64,000 nt of DNA from Dipteris shenzhenensis (Eukaryota), in NCBI GenBank assembly GCA_047967505.1, contig CM106538.1; one strand, written 5' to 3'. Under the pieces are notes generated by a model that was not told the origin of the DNA, searched no databases, and worked only from the letters and a program-made list of their open reading frames with translations. Position 1 is the stretch's first letter. Each line of letters opens with the position of its first letter. Made by a program: the position numbers and the translations under genes. Below, in pieces: positions 28,918 to 41,109 of the stretch.

Positions 28918-31900
28918 ATCATCCTCAATGTCTTTCTCTTGGAAAAAATTATTGCTTGCTGGAATTTTTTTTTAAAAACAAACATAAGGAAAGAACTAGC
29001 TAGCAAAATGGAAAATTCAAATTGATTAACTACATTAAACTTGACTTTTAATGGAATGGCTCTTATACACACTATATCAGATTTAACAAAGAAAATATGC
29101 ACAAAACCAAAGAAATTGTAGACAACAATGAGATAATGTTTTCATATAAGCAGAAAGAACAACTACTTCAAAGTAATAAGTAGATGCTCATTGCCACAAA
29201 GGGCTACAACGATATATGAGAACAAACTGAATTCAGTCCATCATTTTGAAAGTAGAAAACTGAAGCACTAGTGCTGCACTAGAAGACATCAGAAAATCCT
29301 CCAGTCAGATGCTAAGAGTATATGAACAACCGAGGTAGGTACAGCAGTAACTGTATAATCGTGGATTCTTAAAGTAATACCTTGCAGGGGATTAAGCTAG
29401 TTAAAGGTTATGCAAGACAGAGAAAGATCGAAACAAAAAAGTGAAGAAAATCAAAGGTCACGCAGATCACCTTCTTCGTAAGCTTCCTTGGTAGCGATTT
29501 GGAGCGCTCGTTTCAGGGACTTCTTGGGCTCCTTGCCTATTGCACTGGTTTTTGCAGCAAAGCAGCTGCCCTTGCCTATCCGACTGGTTTTTGCAGTAGA
29601 GGAGCCGCTTGGAGCATTGTGAGAAGTATCCAGAGCTTGGCGGTACCCAACAGGACGACAGCCAGCTTCACGACCTGCAAATTACCCTTGGAAACATAAA
29701 CTACCACTTACAATAGGCAAAATGAATGTATATATGCACGTATCCAAAGTTATCGTTTACTCACCAACAGGTAAACGTATCGAAGAAACATCCACCTCTT
29801 CACCTATCATAATGGCTTTTCCACGACGTGAATCTCTGGTAAGTATCTCTGTCTCAAGATCAACGGCATCACCCACACCAAGCTTAGGAACTGCAGAAAC
29901 AATTAGATCGTCGGTACCTACTGCAGCAACAATTACATGGTCGCGTTACAATAGAAGGAGATGCAACCAGACAATAGAGGACTAATACATACTAACGTAG
30001 ACAACTAACACGGATACCTTCGGCTAACGATTGACAGTTTTCTGACTCTATTTTGATTTTCACTTCTAATGGAGAGCAGACTTCCGCTATCCAAGAATCG
30101 CAGGTCTCCACCTCTTCCTTTACCTCAACTAAGCATTGACAGACCAGCAAATATGAAACATCCCATCGCGATTACTCCACTTTAATGAAATAGAAACAAG
30201 TATGAAGGGGAGTGCGTGTTTACCAAATTGCAAATGCTGGTTTAAGTCCGAGCTCTCGCCCAAGCTAGATGAAGTGCATAAAAGGTCTCAGGACACATCT
30301 TGGTGAGAAGCACCTACATCAATAGGCGTCGCAAAGTTGTACAGTTCTACAAGGTACAAAGAATTAAAATCAGAATTCGAATAATGGAAGGAAGGAAGGA
30401 ATAATCGAAGGAAGGAATCGAAGGGAAATTTTTTTAAATCAAGAGTTCCTGGGATAGATACCTCACTCGAAGTTATCGCTGCTGGTTTCCATGAATTCGG
30501 CAGAGTATTCAATTTTGCAGGCCATGAGTGAATAGCAGACGGAGCTAGAAGATGGTCTTGTTGCAGAGCAAGGCGAAAGCAGAAACTCGAGTATCATAGA
30601 TCGACTGTTTATATAGACAAAGAGACAATAGAGACGAACACAGGCTCCAAGATTTCCGACCTTTGCATATTTGCAAGGTCAACCCACCGATTGACCTTTC
30701 TGCAACGCTTGCATGCTCGAAAAGCTCCTTACCTGTGCCCTTGCTCCAACCAGAACTCACCATCACGAGCCAATAGAACCACACCGAGGTCGACGTCTTC
30801 CTCCAGCGAAGAGGGGCTATCAGCAACCAACACCTGCACACATTCTCGTAGCTGGAGCAGCAGCACCCCTCTTGGATCGGAGGAGGCCCTCCAACACATC
30901 GCCCCACCAATTCATCTTTTGCTGTTGTAGACCGAAGAGCCACGATCAGGAGGAAGCCGCTGACGATCGTCCGCCAATACCCTTTCTCCTCCATTAGTAG
31001 AAGGTAAGCTAGAGACTCTGCAACGCTTGCATGCTCCATTAGCACCAGCCAACAGGTAGACAAGCTCACGTAGGTGCAGGAGCATGACCCATCCCGCATC
31101 GGAGGAGGCCCTCCAACACGGAGGTGTGATCAACGAACAGAGAGAGAAAAGAGCCTCCACCGAAAACGGAGGCTCCTACAAAAAGCGTGAGCAAACCAAT
31201 CGGTGCGCCACACGTGGACGGTCAGGTGAAGAGTCTGACTCAACGAACAACACGTGCGCACCGCGGGCTGCATGCAAAAGGAAGGTCTGTGACAACCACT
31301 GACGCATTGCCACGTGGAAGGCTTGAAGAAGCTACGCCTGGGGCCCACATGATCCACGCACTAAACACACTGAAAATTCACCATGTGGAAGGGAAAGAAA
31401 TTCGACCCAATGAAAAAATTCCATTTTATTATTTACAAATTCAAAGATTTTTCCCTTCTAGTGAAACCGCCGTAACTAAAGCCTACCCTCCAGGGCAGGC
31501 TACACAAATTCCAAAAAAAAAACAGCGAGTAGGTATGTTAAGAATGGACCGAAAAGGTAAATAAGACACCTCGACCACACATCATTACTTATTTGGATCT
31601 CGCAATTGCGCGCGAGGTGAATTTGAAGAAGCTATAAGCGATTAACCCATTCGAAGTTCTGTGGAGAGCCGGGCTTAACCATCATCACGCAATGCACAAC
31701 TATAGAACCCACGAGATGACATCGAAGGCAGCAGCGCAGGGAGGCAGGAGTGGGTGCCGAAGTAGCCACTTTGGAGCAAGAAACCATGAGAGTTGCTGAG
31801 ACTTGGCAAGTGGGAAATCCCAATCAATGGACAAAGTATATGTTAAGAGGATCGTAGGAGACGGCGTTGGGCAATGATCAAACTAAGCATTCCAAAACAC

Positions 31901-31998
31901 CCAGAAGCTTCTCTCAAAGACGCTTACTCTCAATGGGTCGATGTGAACGTAGATGTTATAGAGATCCTGGTTGCCTTGGAACATAAGGAACTTTGAGA

Positions 31999-32420
31999 CG
32001 TTCTCTGTATAGGAAAAAAAGAGGATTCTCTATATCATTTACTAGTTTGAAATGAACATAACTAGTAAGAGTGCAAACTAGAGAAAATGGAACACGTCCT
32101 AGTTACCTTATCTAGGGAATCAATCAAAAAATTCCCTATGCAAGTCAATGCAGGGAATCATTAGAGAATTTCACCATATAGGAAAATTTTCCTAGATAGT
32201 GAAATTCATTAGCAATTCCCTACATAGTCTAACTAGGAAATGTTCCATTTCCCCTAGTTTGCACACTTCCTAGTTATAGTCTAGTAAATGATATAGAGAA
32301 TCCTCTTTTTCTTTGTAAGACAAACTAGGAAATGCCCCATTTTTCATAGTTTGCAAACTTCCTGGTTATGAACTAGTAAACAATATTGAGAATCTTCTAT
32401 TTCCCTATATAGGGAGAACG
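31999..32420. repeat. Nested palindromic block rich in (TA)TAGGAAA/TTTCCTAG motifs; probable DNA-transposon subterminal region
   Basis: aagaggattctctatatcatttactag (~32019-32045) is the reverse complement of ~32281-32307. Outer ends read cgttctc...gagaacg. Confidence 0.7.
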
Positions 32421-32769
32421 CGAAATAAGTGATTTTGTCTAAGTTATATCATTTAAGAAATGAAGCACTCATGTTTCACATTTTCATATGTAGCAATTTG
32501 AACTTTTAAAGTACCTAGAGCAATAAGCAATTGTTACTATAATTACATTAACTCACATTATCTACACTAAGATTCAACAAAACCATCAAAAAGATTATAG
32601 AGTTCTCTTTAATATTTCTACAAAATAATAAGAAGGTAAAAAGTCCATTCGTTATTACAATATTCAAAAGAAAAAGCAAAAAACTTCTACTATAAGAAAT
32701 ATAAGACAACCAAAGAGAGCTAAAAGAGCTCTACATAACATCTTTGAAGACTTATTTGAATCAAGCTAA

Positions 32770-33850
32770 ATGTCATATCAAAATCTCTATATCTTCTAAA
32801 CTAAGCACACCAGATTTTACCATGAATCTAACCTTTTGACTTTCAATAAGCCAATGCACAATGTCCCTTATCATAATGTTACTGGCTGGTTTCTTGATGT
32901 CTGTAGAGTACTGTTTGAAGCTACTCTCCATCTTTTTAAGCTTCACATATGTACTTTTTAAGGAAAAGTACATATCATGAATTGTGTGGACTCCCATGTA
33001 TTTCAAAAGTATCGTCTCCATATTTTCCTATGAAATGTCATCCACCTGAGGGCATAATAATAAAACAAGTGACAATATATTAACAAATTCGAAGCAAATG
33101 ATTTAAATAATGAAGCCTAATGTAAAAGGCTATCACATACTCTTTTATACTCGCTTGAAATCGTAGTCACCTCCATGTCTATACCTTGAATATCTTTTAA
33201 GTTCTAATTCAAATAAAAAATTGAGATTAAAATCAAGGTATGAAGACTTCAAATCATAGAAAATAAACTCTAAATATAAGAATACCTTGCATCTCTTTCC
33301 TTGGGATTTATCACTTCTTTGCATGGTCTTCTGTTCTAACTGATCTCTCATTTTTTCACTCACCTATGAATGATAAACAACAAGTAGTGTTAATGCCATT
33401 GGAAAGAATTATGTAAAGAATACAAGCATACAAAGTACTTGCTTTACTTTTAAAGGGTATTGCATAAATGAAAACTTTTACCTTTCTCTTTCGTTCACTT
33501 TTTCTAGACATTTCATTCGTAGAATCAATCACATTTGATATTGGATCCTAAAAATATGACAAAATTAAATTAAAACTTGTCTAAAAAGAAGATGCTGATC
33601 ACAATTGAATGCCAGAAAATAGCTTCAATCATAAGCATATCTAAAAGATAAAGGCAATTCATACCTTATCTTCATTTGTAGTGATGTCATCATGAAGCAT
33701 CTTAGAAAATGTCATGTCATTCATATCAGCATTCGCTTCACCATAAGAATCCTGACATAAAATATTCAAGATAGATGAATTGTAAATAACTGAATGGTTA
33801 ATAATACTTTTTCAAAATAGAAGACAACTCATGATTGAAACTTACACACC
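32770..33850 (-). pseudogene. Decayed multi-exon gene of unknown function, likely transposon-associated
   Basis: Short acidic or charged exons separated by GT-AG-like introns; last exon ends ..VKSGVLSLEDIEILI. Confidence 0.35.
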
Positions 33851-35849
33851 TTATCAGAGTGATAATACTCAAGCCCTTCAAATCTCTTCGCCACCACCTG
33901 GGTAGCACATGTGCTGCCATGTGGGAAGCATACAAGCATGGGATCCAAGCGCTGAAGAAGGACCTGGTAGAATTGGAGGTGCCTGCATGGCGGGCCAAGT
34001 GGAGAGGGTAGTGGGCAGGGTCATAGCCTACAAACAGGCCCTGAACATGGCAACACATGGTAGGTGACATCACCAAAGGTACTGCTGCAGTGACGGAGCT
34101 ATTGGAGCAAGTTCTAAGGGCTAGAACAGGCCTCAGCAAGGGCAGGACCAGCAGGACAGAAGGGACAGAGGTGGAGGCTATGGTGGGCCAGCCACCACCT
34201 GGCCATAGATATGCCCAAGGGTAGGGCCCAATGGGGGGCTGCACTTGGGGCCTGACAGCAGCCCAAAAGGGCTTGGCAGAGCCGAATCGACAAGGGGCTC
34301 AGCCCCTGTAAAAGGAGAGGTCTCAGGCCTCATTTCATATCATCTAGAGCAGCCCTCTGAAAGCATATAGGAGCAGCAAGAAGGCAAGCCTTGGGCCTAT
34401 CCTTTCTTCAACCTTCTTCCCCCTTCTATCCCATCCACCTCTCTTTCAGTTCAGCTCTCTCTTCACTCTGACAACAGTGCTCCACAACGTCCTACTCTAC
34501 CCCTAGATTGCATTATAGAAACCGCTCCTACCTTGGAAGCTGCTACAAGGTCTACCTTGCCCAAACCCTACTTGCTCATTTTCGTCCATGCAACCAATCT
34601 GCTCTAGACTTCAGCATAGCTTGCTCGAGCCCTCTGTTTAGTCTGCAGCACCTTCCAGGAGCTGACCCATCGCATGAAGCTGTCCAAGACTGCCGCATGA
34701 TAGCCTTGATCCCTCTACCTCTGTCAAGTATAGACCTGGCCTCTTCTTAAGCTTTGACCAGCTCATGTTGTAGTAAATCCTTGCTATACATGCTGTGCAT
34801 GGCAAGAAAGGCAAAAGGTAAATGACCTTTTGTTTGCACACATTTGCTCCATTGTGCCTATGGTGGGTACATGACCAATGAGATGAAGATCATGAGAATG
34901 ATGGAGATGATGAAGAGGGCAACAGCCACAATGTTGCAAATTTAGATTAATGTGGACAAAGCTGAGTGGATTGCAGAATCATGCATGTACCATTGTAGGA
35001 GGTCTCCTTTCTTGTATAGATTCCAAGACTGTGATTTAAAACAGTGGTGAATTGAGTAACCAAGTTCCTTGAATTGTAAGTTCAAGGTTTCCACTATATT
35101 GAATAATGAGTGTGTTTATGGTTATGATGACATGGCATCCCCTTCCCTCCAATTCCCTAGGAATTTCTCGTTCTCATTCCCCAAAGGGGTGGGCATCTAC
35201 TGCCATGCACTTTCCCTAGTAACCATGATCTAAACCTGTCCTACTGTCTTGAGTGACCATTTGGCAAACCCTACTGTCTTGAGTGACCTTCACCAACAAG
35301 CCAACATGGCTAGAGGACTAGAGACCAATTGCTAAGTTAAACAACTCTTAGGCTCGATCTTGCATACCAAACATGCGGGATTTTTTCATAAGCTCACGTA
35401 CCCCTTCCTTCCATGCACCCACCATAGTGAGATCATTCCACTCACCAAGCTATGAAGTCTTACTCAGGCCATATTGGCACTAATTCAACAGCCCAAATAC
35501 ATCCATACACCCACCAAAATATGGGACTATTTTATAAGTTCATGTATCCCAAACTTTCATGTAGCTATGCTTAGGAATCTCCCACTAATTTTTAGAATGT
35601 ATACGAAATGGGGTGTATTCTTTGAAGATGTGGCATGGAAGCTCGTTCCCCTGGTTATTTCTACAGCAACCACAGCCAAAAAAAAGGCATCCTTTCACAT
35701 TCCAAAGAAAAAGGAACAAAGGCAAACAAAGATAATAATTTGCTCTTATCTTGTTCTAAACACAGCTTTAGTTCTCCAAAGGTGTGTGTGAAGGTACTCT
35801 AGTGAATGATGACTCAAAAAGAGTCATTGTCAAATTCGTAGACCTAGAA

Positions 35850-37052
35850 ATAGGCATCCAAAATAAGTCAATGTCTGCCTGCCATGGTGAAACTCTGGTA
35901 GCCCTGCTACAAAATCGAACCTTTCTTCAAAGAAGGATGGCGGAGTGACTTTGCATAGCTGAGATAGAGGGTTGCAGGTCATAACAATACTTGCTCTTCT
36001 ATGTTTCTCGAGGTACTCCTACACAGACTCAATCCAGTTCTAGTAAGCATGGCCTGGCAGTGATCGATGGGCTGGCAGCATCACTATTTTGCTCGGTTGC
36101 GAGAATGATCTGCGGCAAAATAGCTCTCCTGATCCTACTAAGCAAAAGAGCAATACCCTAACAGATTTTTTGGTCCCTCTACAACACCAAAGGCACAGCT
36201 GAATGGACTCGGTATCTATAAGGCATCCTGAACATCTTGTGCCCGCTCCAAAAAGTCCTCTTCGAAGGTTCACAACTTGATATTGAAAGAACTTACAAAA
36301 ATAAAAACCTTTCTCTTCTAGGGGATCTCCAAAGACATCACAAGATGACTCCAAATCTTTACCATCTATATTGGATAGTTAGTACAATCTACCTTACTAG
36401 CCTCACCAATGCTTGGTATAGCTGAGCTAGACGCCATGGCAAGGTTAATATACCCTGGAATACTTGCTTCTGTCTGAACAGACCACAAACACTTGTCACA
36501 ATCTCACTAGACTGATCCTCTGGTTGGATCCTCTGGGGCTTTTCTATGCCAAGTGTCATCTTCCTAGTTCTTAGACCACATATGACCTTCTTGGCTCTGA
36601 TACCATACTAGAGATTAAGTGTGAGTAGGACTTGCTTCTACACCAAGCCCAAACCACTAAACTCAATGGAAAAAAAATAGAAAACAAGCCCACAAGATCA
36701 CGTACATATATATGTGTACGCTGATGCCTTTGCTACCTGCTGCTGCCAATATATGCCTTCTCTAGTTCCTGGGAGTGCACTTGTGAAGTCTGCTGATTGT
36801 TAATTTTTAACCTCCCTAGGGGGACCTTATATAGGGCACAAGGCCCATGTAATCTAGCTAACCAGGCCCCATGCCTGCTGCCCCAGATCTGAACTTGCCA
36901 AACATGTCAGTTGGCTATCCAACCAGCTCAGTCTGGGGTCAATACCCACCTCTGTTCCAATTTGGCTGTGCTTTGATGCAACCCTATCTGCCCTTTATAA
37001 ACGGCCCACATTTGGCTGCTGTCCAACCCAATGCAAGGGCGCATGTGTGGGC
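35850..37052 (-). mobile_element. Ty1/copia 5' remnant: partial 5' LTR, tRNA-iMet PBS, decayed gag
   Basis: The PBS TGGTATCAGAGCC lies on the minus strand at 36593-36605. Downstream MASSSAIPSIGEASKVDCTNYPI*MVKIWSHLV is gag-like. The LTR is cut off by the TIR at 37053. Confidence 0.72.
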
Positions 37053-37453
37053 CATTAGGGAAAAAGGGAACTCATTTTGGGGCCCTGTAAGAAATTCACT
37101 ATTTTTTGATTTATTTCTCTCCTAAAAGACCTCAAAAATAGTAAAATACGGAAACGTGGCTCAGATTTGTCAGTAAGGACTACAGAACTGTCAATTCAAA
37201 AAGGAATAAGATAATCTTTTATCTGACTAACACGATTTTGTATTAAATATCCTCTTAGATTTTTTTTTGTTTACCAAAGATTCCGCATCTCTTTGGCCGA
37301 CGTGTGCAGGTCTTTCATTAAGAGTCCATCACTGAACTTAGTGATTGCAAGTTTTCAAAATATTCACATGGATACCGCCACACTTCCACGATTCATGTTA
37401 CAAAACGACTATGAGATTGAAAAACAAACTTCGCAACCTGAGAAGCACAAAAA

Positions 37454-39594
37454 ATGGCCGATACTAGTGAGTCACTATCTGAGAAGAAGCGATTACACCA
37501 TCTTCACATCGACTTAGAAGAACAATATGCTCCAGCACAAAAAAGACGAAAGGATATGGTGCTGAATGCTCAACAGCGGGAAAATATGAGAAGAGAAGGG
37601 CTTCAACATATTGACTTATGGTGCGATGGAAGCATATATCCAAAATGTCAAGTAAAAAACTCTACACCTCCATTTGTCAATCCCACCACATTACTGAGGT
37701 TTGCCGGCGATGGACAAAATGGACTTCTTGGTTATATTTCAGCACAGTCTGCATTTGTGGAAACGTATAAAATGATGTACCTACAAGAAAAGGGGGCCAA
37801 GATGGAGGAGATAGCCATTCATGCAAAATTGGAGCAGCAGTTGCAGAATGAAATTAAGGAGCATTCAAAGAGTAAAAAAGAGTTGACAAGAGCAAGAAAG
37901 AAGAGAACCGTGCTTGGAGACAGACAACGTAGCAGGAAGATTAAAAACATTGCAAATTTGAAGGCTGGGACTGGTGGATGCAAGCGACGAATTCAGGAAG
38001 CAAGGTTAGATTGAAATTTATCATTTTGTATACTCAAAAAGGCTCTCTTCCAGACTATATCTATTTCGTTGATTGTCGCAAAATAAGAATGGAGGTGCTG
38101 AATAATATAGTCATATTGTGTTGTTACAATAGGAAATTATTGGAGCCTGCAAAAGAAAATATGGACCCGAACCTTCTTCCTGTTAAACAAATGAAAGGAT
38201 TGCTTTCTTGCGGTGTAGCAAAAGGTTTGATTGAGGAAAAAAAATACAAAACAGTCAAACGCAATGTTGTAGAGGACTTTGTATCCAATAATCAAGTTGA
38301 TGGCACTATAATCCAAGAGGCTCTTGATGTTAGTGGAGTTAGTAGGAAGGGATATAGTTCGATTTTCCATGCGATATCCTCAACTTTGAAAGATCAAAGG
38401 ATTAAACGAGTTTTACTACCAAATCCAGCAACCGTGTGGAGGATAAGAGGTCATTTGAATGAAAGTATAGATGAATTTATTGGGCAATATATCCATATTG
38501 AAGAAATATTTCATGGTGTTAAAGGAACCACTGTGTATGATCCTTGGAACAATATATTTTTAGATCTGCAACAACTTCAAAAAAGAATGGTCGAGTTTTA
38601 TGGAATAACATTTGAGGAGTGCAAAGGCATTTTGAAATTTGTTATCAAACTGGATGAGTGTGAGGTTGTAAAGGAAAAGAAAATGGAAAGAGTTACTATT
38701 ACATTGATGAATGGAGCGATTGATACATCATTGACTGAAGCGAGTTCGAAGTATTTTAGTGTGCAGTCAGAGAAACACATATGGTGGTTAGGCTCCAGGT
38801 ATGATCATGGGTTGTTTTATACTTGATTTTGGTCATTGTTTTCAAATCTGATATAGTAATACTTTTGTTTTCTATAATCTTGCAGGTGAAGACCGAAGAC
38901 CATGAAACACTAGATTGGGTGTTTCACCACACGGAAATACCAAGAATAATCAAAAGACAAGTGCAAGGCGAGAATCTCCATGTTGCAGGAAAAGGTGATT
39001 TTCAAGTAGAGTGGCACATGGCCGGGGATCTTAAAACACTTAAGTGCATGTATAACATTAGTAAAGGAGGCAACTCAAAGTCTCCTTGTCTTTACTACAA
39101 AGAATCAGCTCAAGTAATGGATTCAAAATGGTGGAAGAGAGCACCTAATAGAGATAAAGTTGACCCTGACTTCAAGGCCATTCTGGACATTCCACTATGT
39201 AATGTTCACATCTGCACATTGCATGGTCTATGTCGAATTATTGAAAAATTGGTATTTTTATATATTGGATTTGCTTGGAATCTCCGTCCCGAAAAAAATA
39301 GAAAGGATGCTCTTCAAGCATTGGAAAAAGTGTTATCCGATATAGGTCTGCATGGAGGAGATGTTCAAATCACAAAGGATTTTAAAAAGTCTACCAATGG
39401 CAAGGAGGTACCAATCAAGCCCTCTATTGGTGGTGTTAAGCAAGAAGATTCTTGTCTCGACCCAAACACAGTAAGCAAGTAAGGCAAGGTAGAGCAGTTT
39501 CAAAGATTAATTATGGATTGTGGAAGCAAGTCCATAATGCTGTGAAAGATCATGAGGCAGATGGGGAAGCACGAAATAGGAAGGCAGAGGTGTG
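37454..39594 (+). pseudogene. RAG1/Transib/Chapaev-like DDE transposase, 3 exons (37454-38004, 38133-38798, 38886-39594), 3'-truncated
   Basis: FVIKLDECEV (first Asp); SVQSEKH..VKTEDHETL (cf. RAG1 KPNSE..DESDHETL); MAGDLKTLKCMYNISKGGNSKSPCLYY (cf. RAG1 GYDEKLVR..SVYICTLC); ICTLHGLCR. Frameshifts near 38795 and 39440; abrupt switch to unrelated coding sequence at ~39594. Confidence 0.75.
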
Positions 39595-40761
39595 ACATCT
39601 GAAGCTTCTGAAAAGGAGGATGTTTCTTTGGTCACAGAAATGGCAGAGCAAGAAGAAGATATCAACCTTCAGGATGAGGGGCTGCAAGTGGCTGCTCTTG
39701 ACCTTGTTCAACTGAGGACAAAAACTCTGAGGGGAGCAGAGCCAGTTGAAGATTTTGATGTTCAGAGCAGCAACTATGCAGTGCCCATGCTTCCAGGTGT
39801 GTTGATTGGTGGAAAGGATTATGTTTTCCTCCATGATATAGAGTGTATGTTTGATTTGAGGGAGGACTATGCCATTTCCCTTATTGCCCAGGCTTCAAGG
39901 CTTGACAAGGAGGTTGGCATAGAGGATGACCATTCACTACTGGCTTTGGAAACAATGTTTGATCCTGTAGAGGCCCTTTCATTTTGTTTCAAAGAGGCTG
40001 AAAAGTTCCAAGAGCCAGATGAAGCTGCCTTCCAGCTCACACAGGAAGCAATGAATCTCTCAGCACTATACACAGAAAAGCCTAGAGAAGAGGCTGGACA
40101 AGAAGGGAGAGGGATAAATCTTTGGAAAGATGAACTGCTTGTTGCTGATGAAAATGAGAAGGTACTTCAAATCATATACTTTGACTTCTGCTTAACTTTG
40201 GTTTTGTAGGTTGTGTATTGTCTCACTCCAATCCTTTGATATGTTGCAGCTACAAATTGAGGATGACACATTCCTCCAGAGATCAAGTGGAAGCAGGCAG
40301 GTTGGGTTTCGCAAAATGTCAGGCCTAGCTCATTATATTCATGATCTAGGCAGTGCCAAGATCTTGATTTACCATAGGCAGTTGAGCAACAATGGAGAAG
40401 TGCTCTTTCATGGCAAAAGGAAAAGATCATTTTGATAGAGAGGTTGTCTGCCATAGATATATTTGGAGATTATGTGAATAAGCAGGCCTCTAGGGCCGCT
40501 TACTTTTTGTCTTACACTTCTTATGCATTAGCATGTGGTGTTAAGGACCCCAAATATCTGGAGGGCTATGGAAAACACCAGCTCGTAAGGTTTCGAGAGC
40601 CACCCATGATTGCATCAGGCCACACAGTCCAAGAAGAGGAACAGGTGGAGAGAGCTGAAGAAAAGGATAAAGAGACAGTCGACATCAAGCCAATAAAGAA
40701 GAAAAAGACTCCAATCAAGATAAAAAAGAGAGTTCCGATCGGCAGGCCCTGGGAGAAATAG
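39595..40761 (+). pseudogene. 5'-truncated cargo gene of unknown function (intron ~40162-40209)
   Basis: An acidic 205-aa open frame is followed, after a GT-AG intron, by a frame with several TGA/TAG stops running into ERLSAIDIFGDY..KKKKTPIKIKKR (NLS-like). Confidence 0.55.
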
Positions 40762-41109
40762 GATTTAGTCATCGAATATAGCACAAACATTATATTAAAT
40801 TTGAACTGATTTGTATAAAGTCTGTGATATCTGGTATGATCTTGTATAAATGATTAATAAGTTGATGATGAAATGATTTGTACATTTACATAGAGTGGTG
40901 TCGTTAAATATTAAATGAACAATATATTGAAATTGTAAACAAATTGTATTAAGTTCAGATCATATGTTTCACATTGAAATACTTTTCATGCATAACACCA
41001 AGAGTCACTTGTTCCACTAAAAAAATTTCTATTGAATGAGTTTGAAAACATGTGGACATAACACCAATAAGTTACAAATGAGTCCTATTCATGTTTACTT
41101 GTCCATTTA

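Larger units (their letters stand above)
21719..31508 (-). mobile_element. Helentron/Helitron2-like rolling-circle transposon, decayed
   Basis: Rep, PIF1 and endonuclease coding remnants. Sub-terminal inverted repeat GCCTGCCCT (21741-21749) / AGGGCAGGC (31492-31500). 5' hairpin 31481-31500; 3' stem-loop 21723-21738 just outside the subTIR. Confidence 0.8.

Noticed and set aside
33880-34871. Possible solo LTR
   Set aside because: LTR-like composition, but no matching TSD or second copy in the window.
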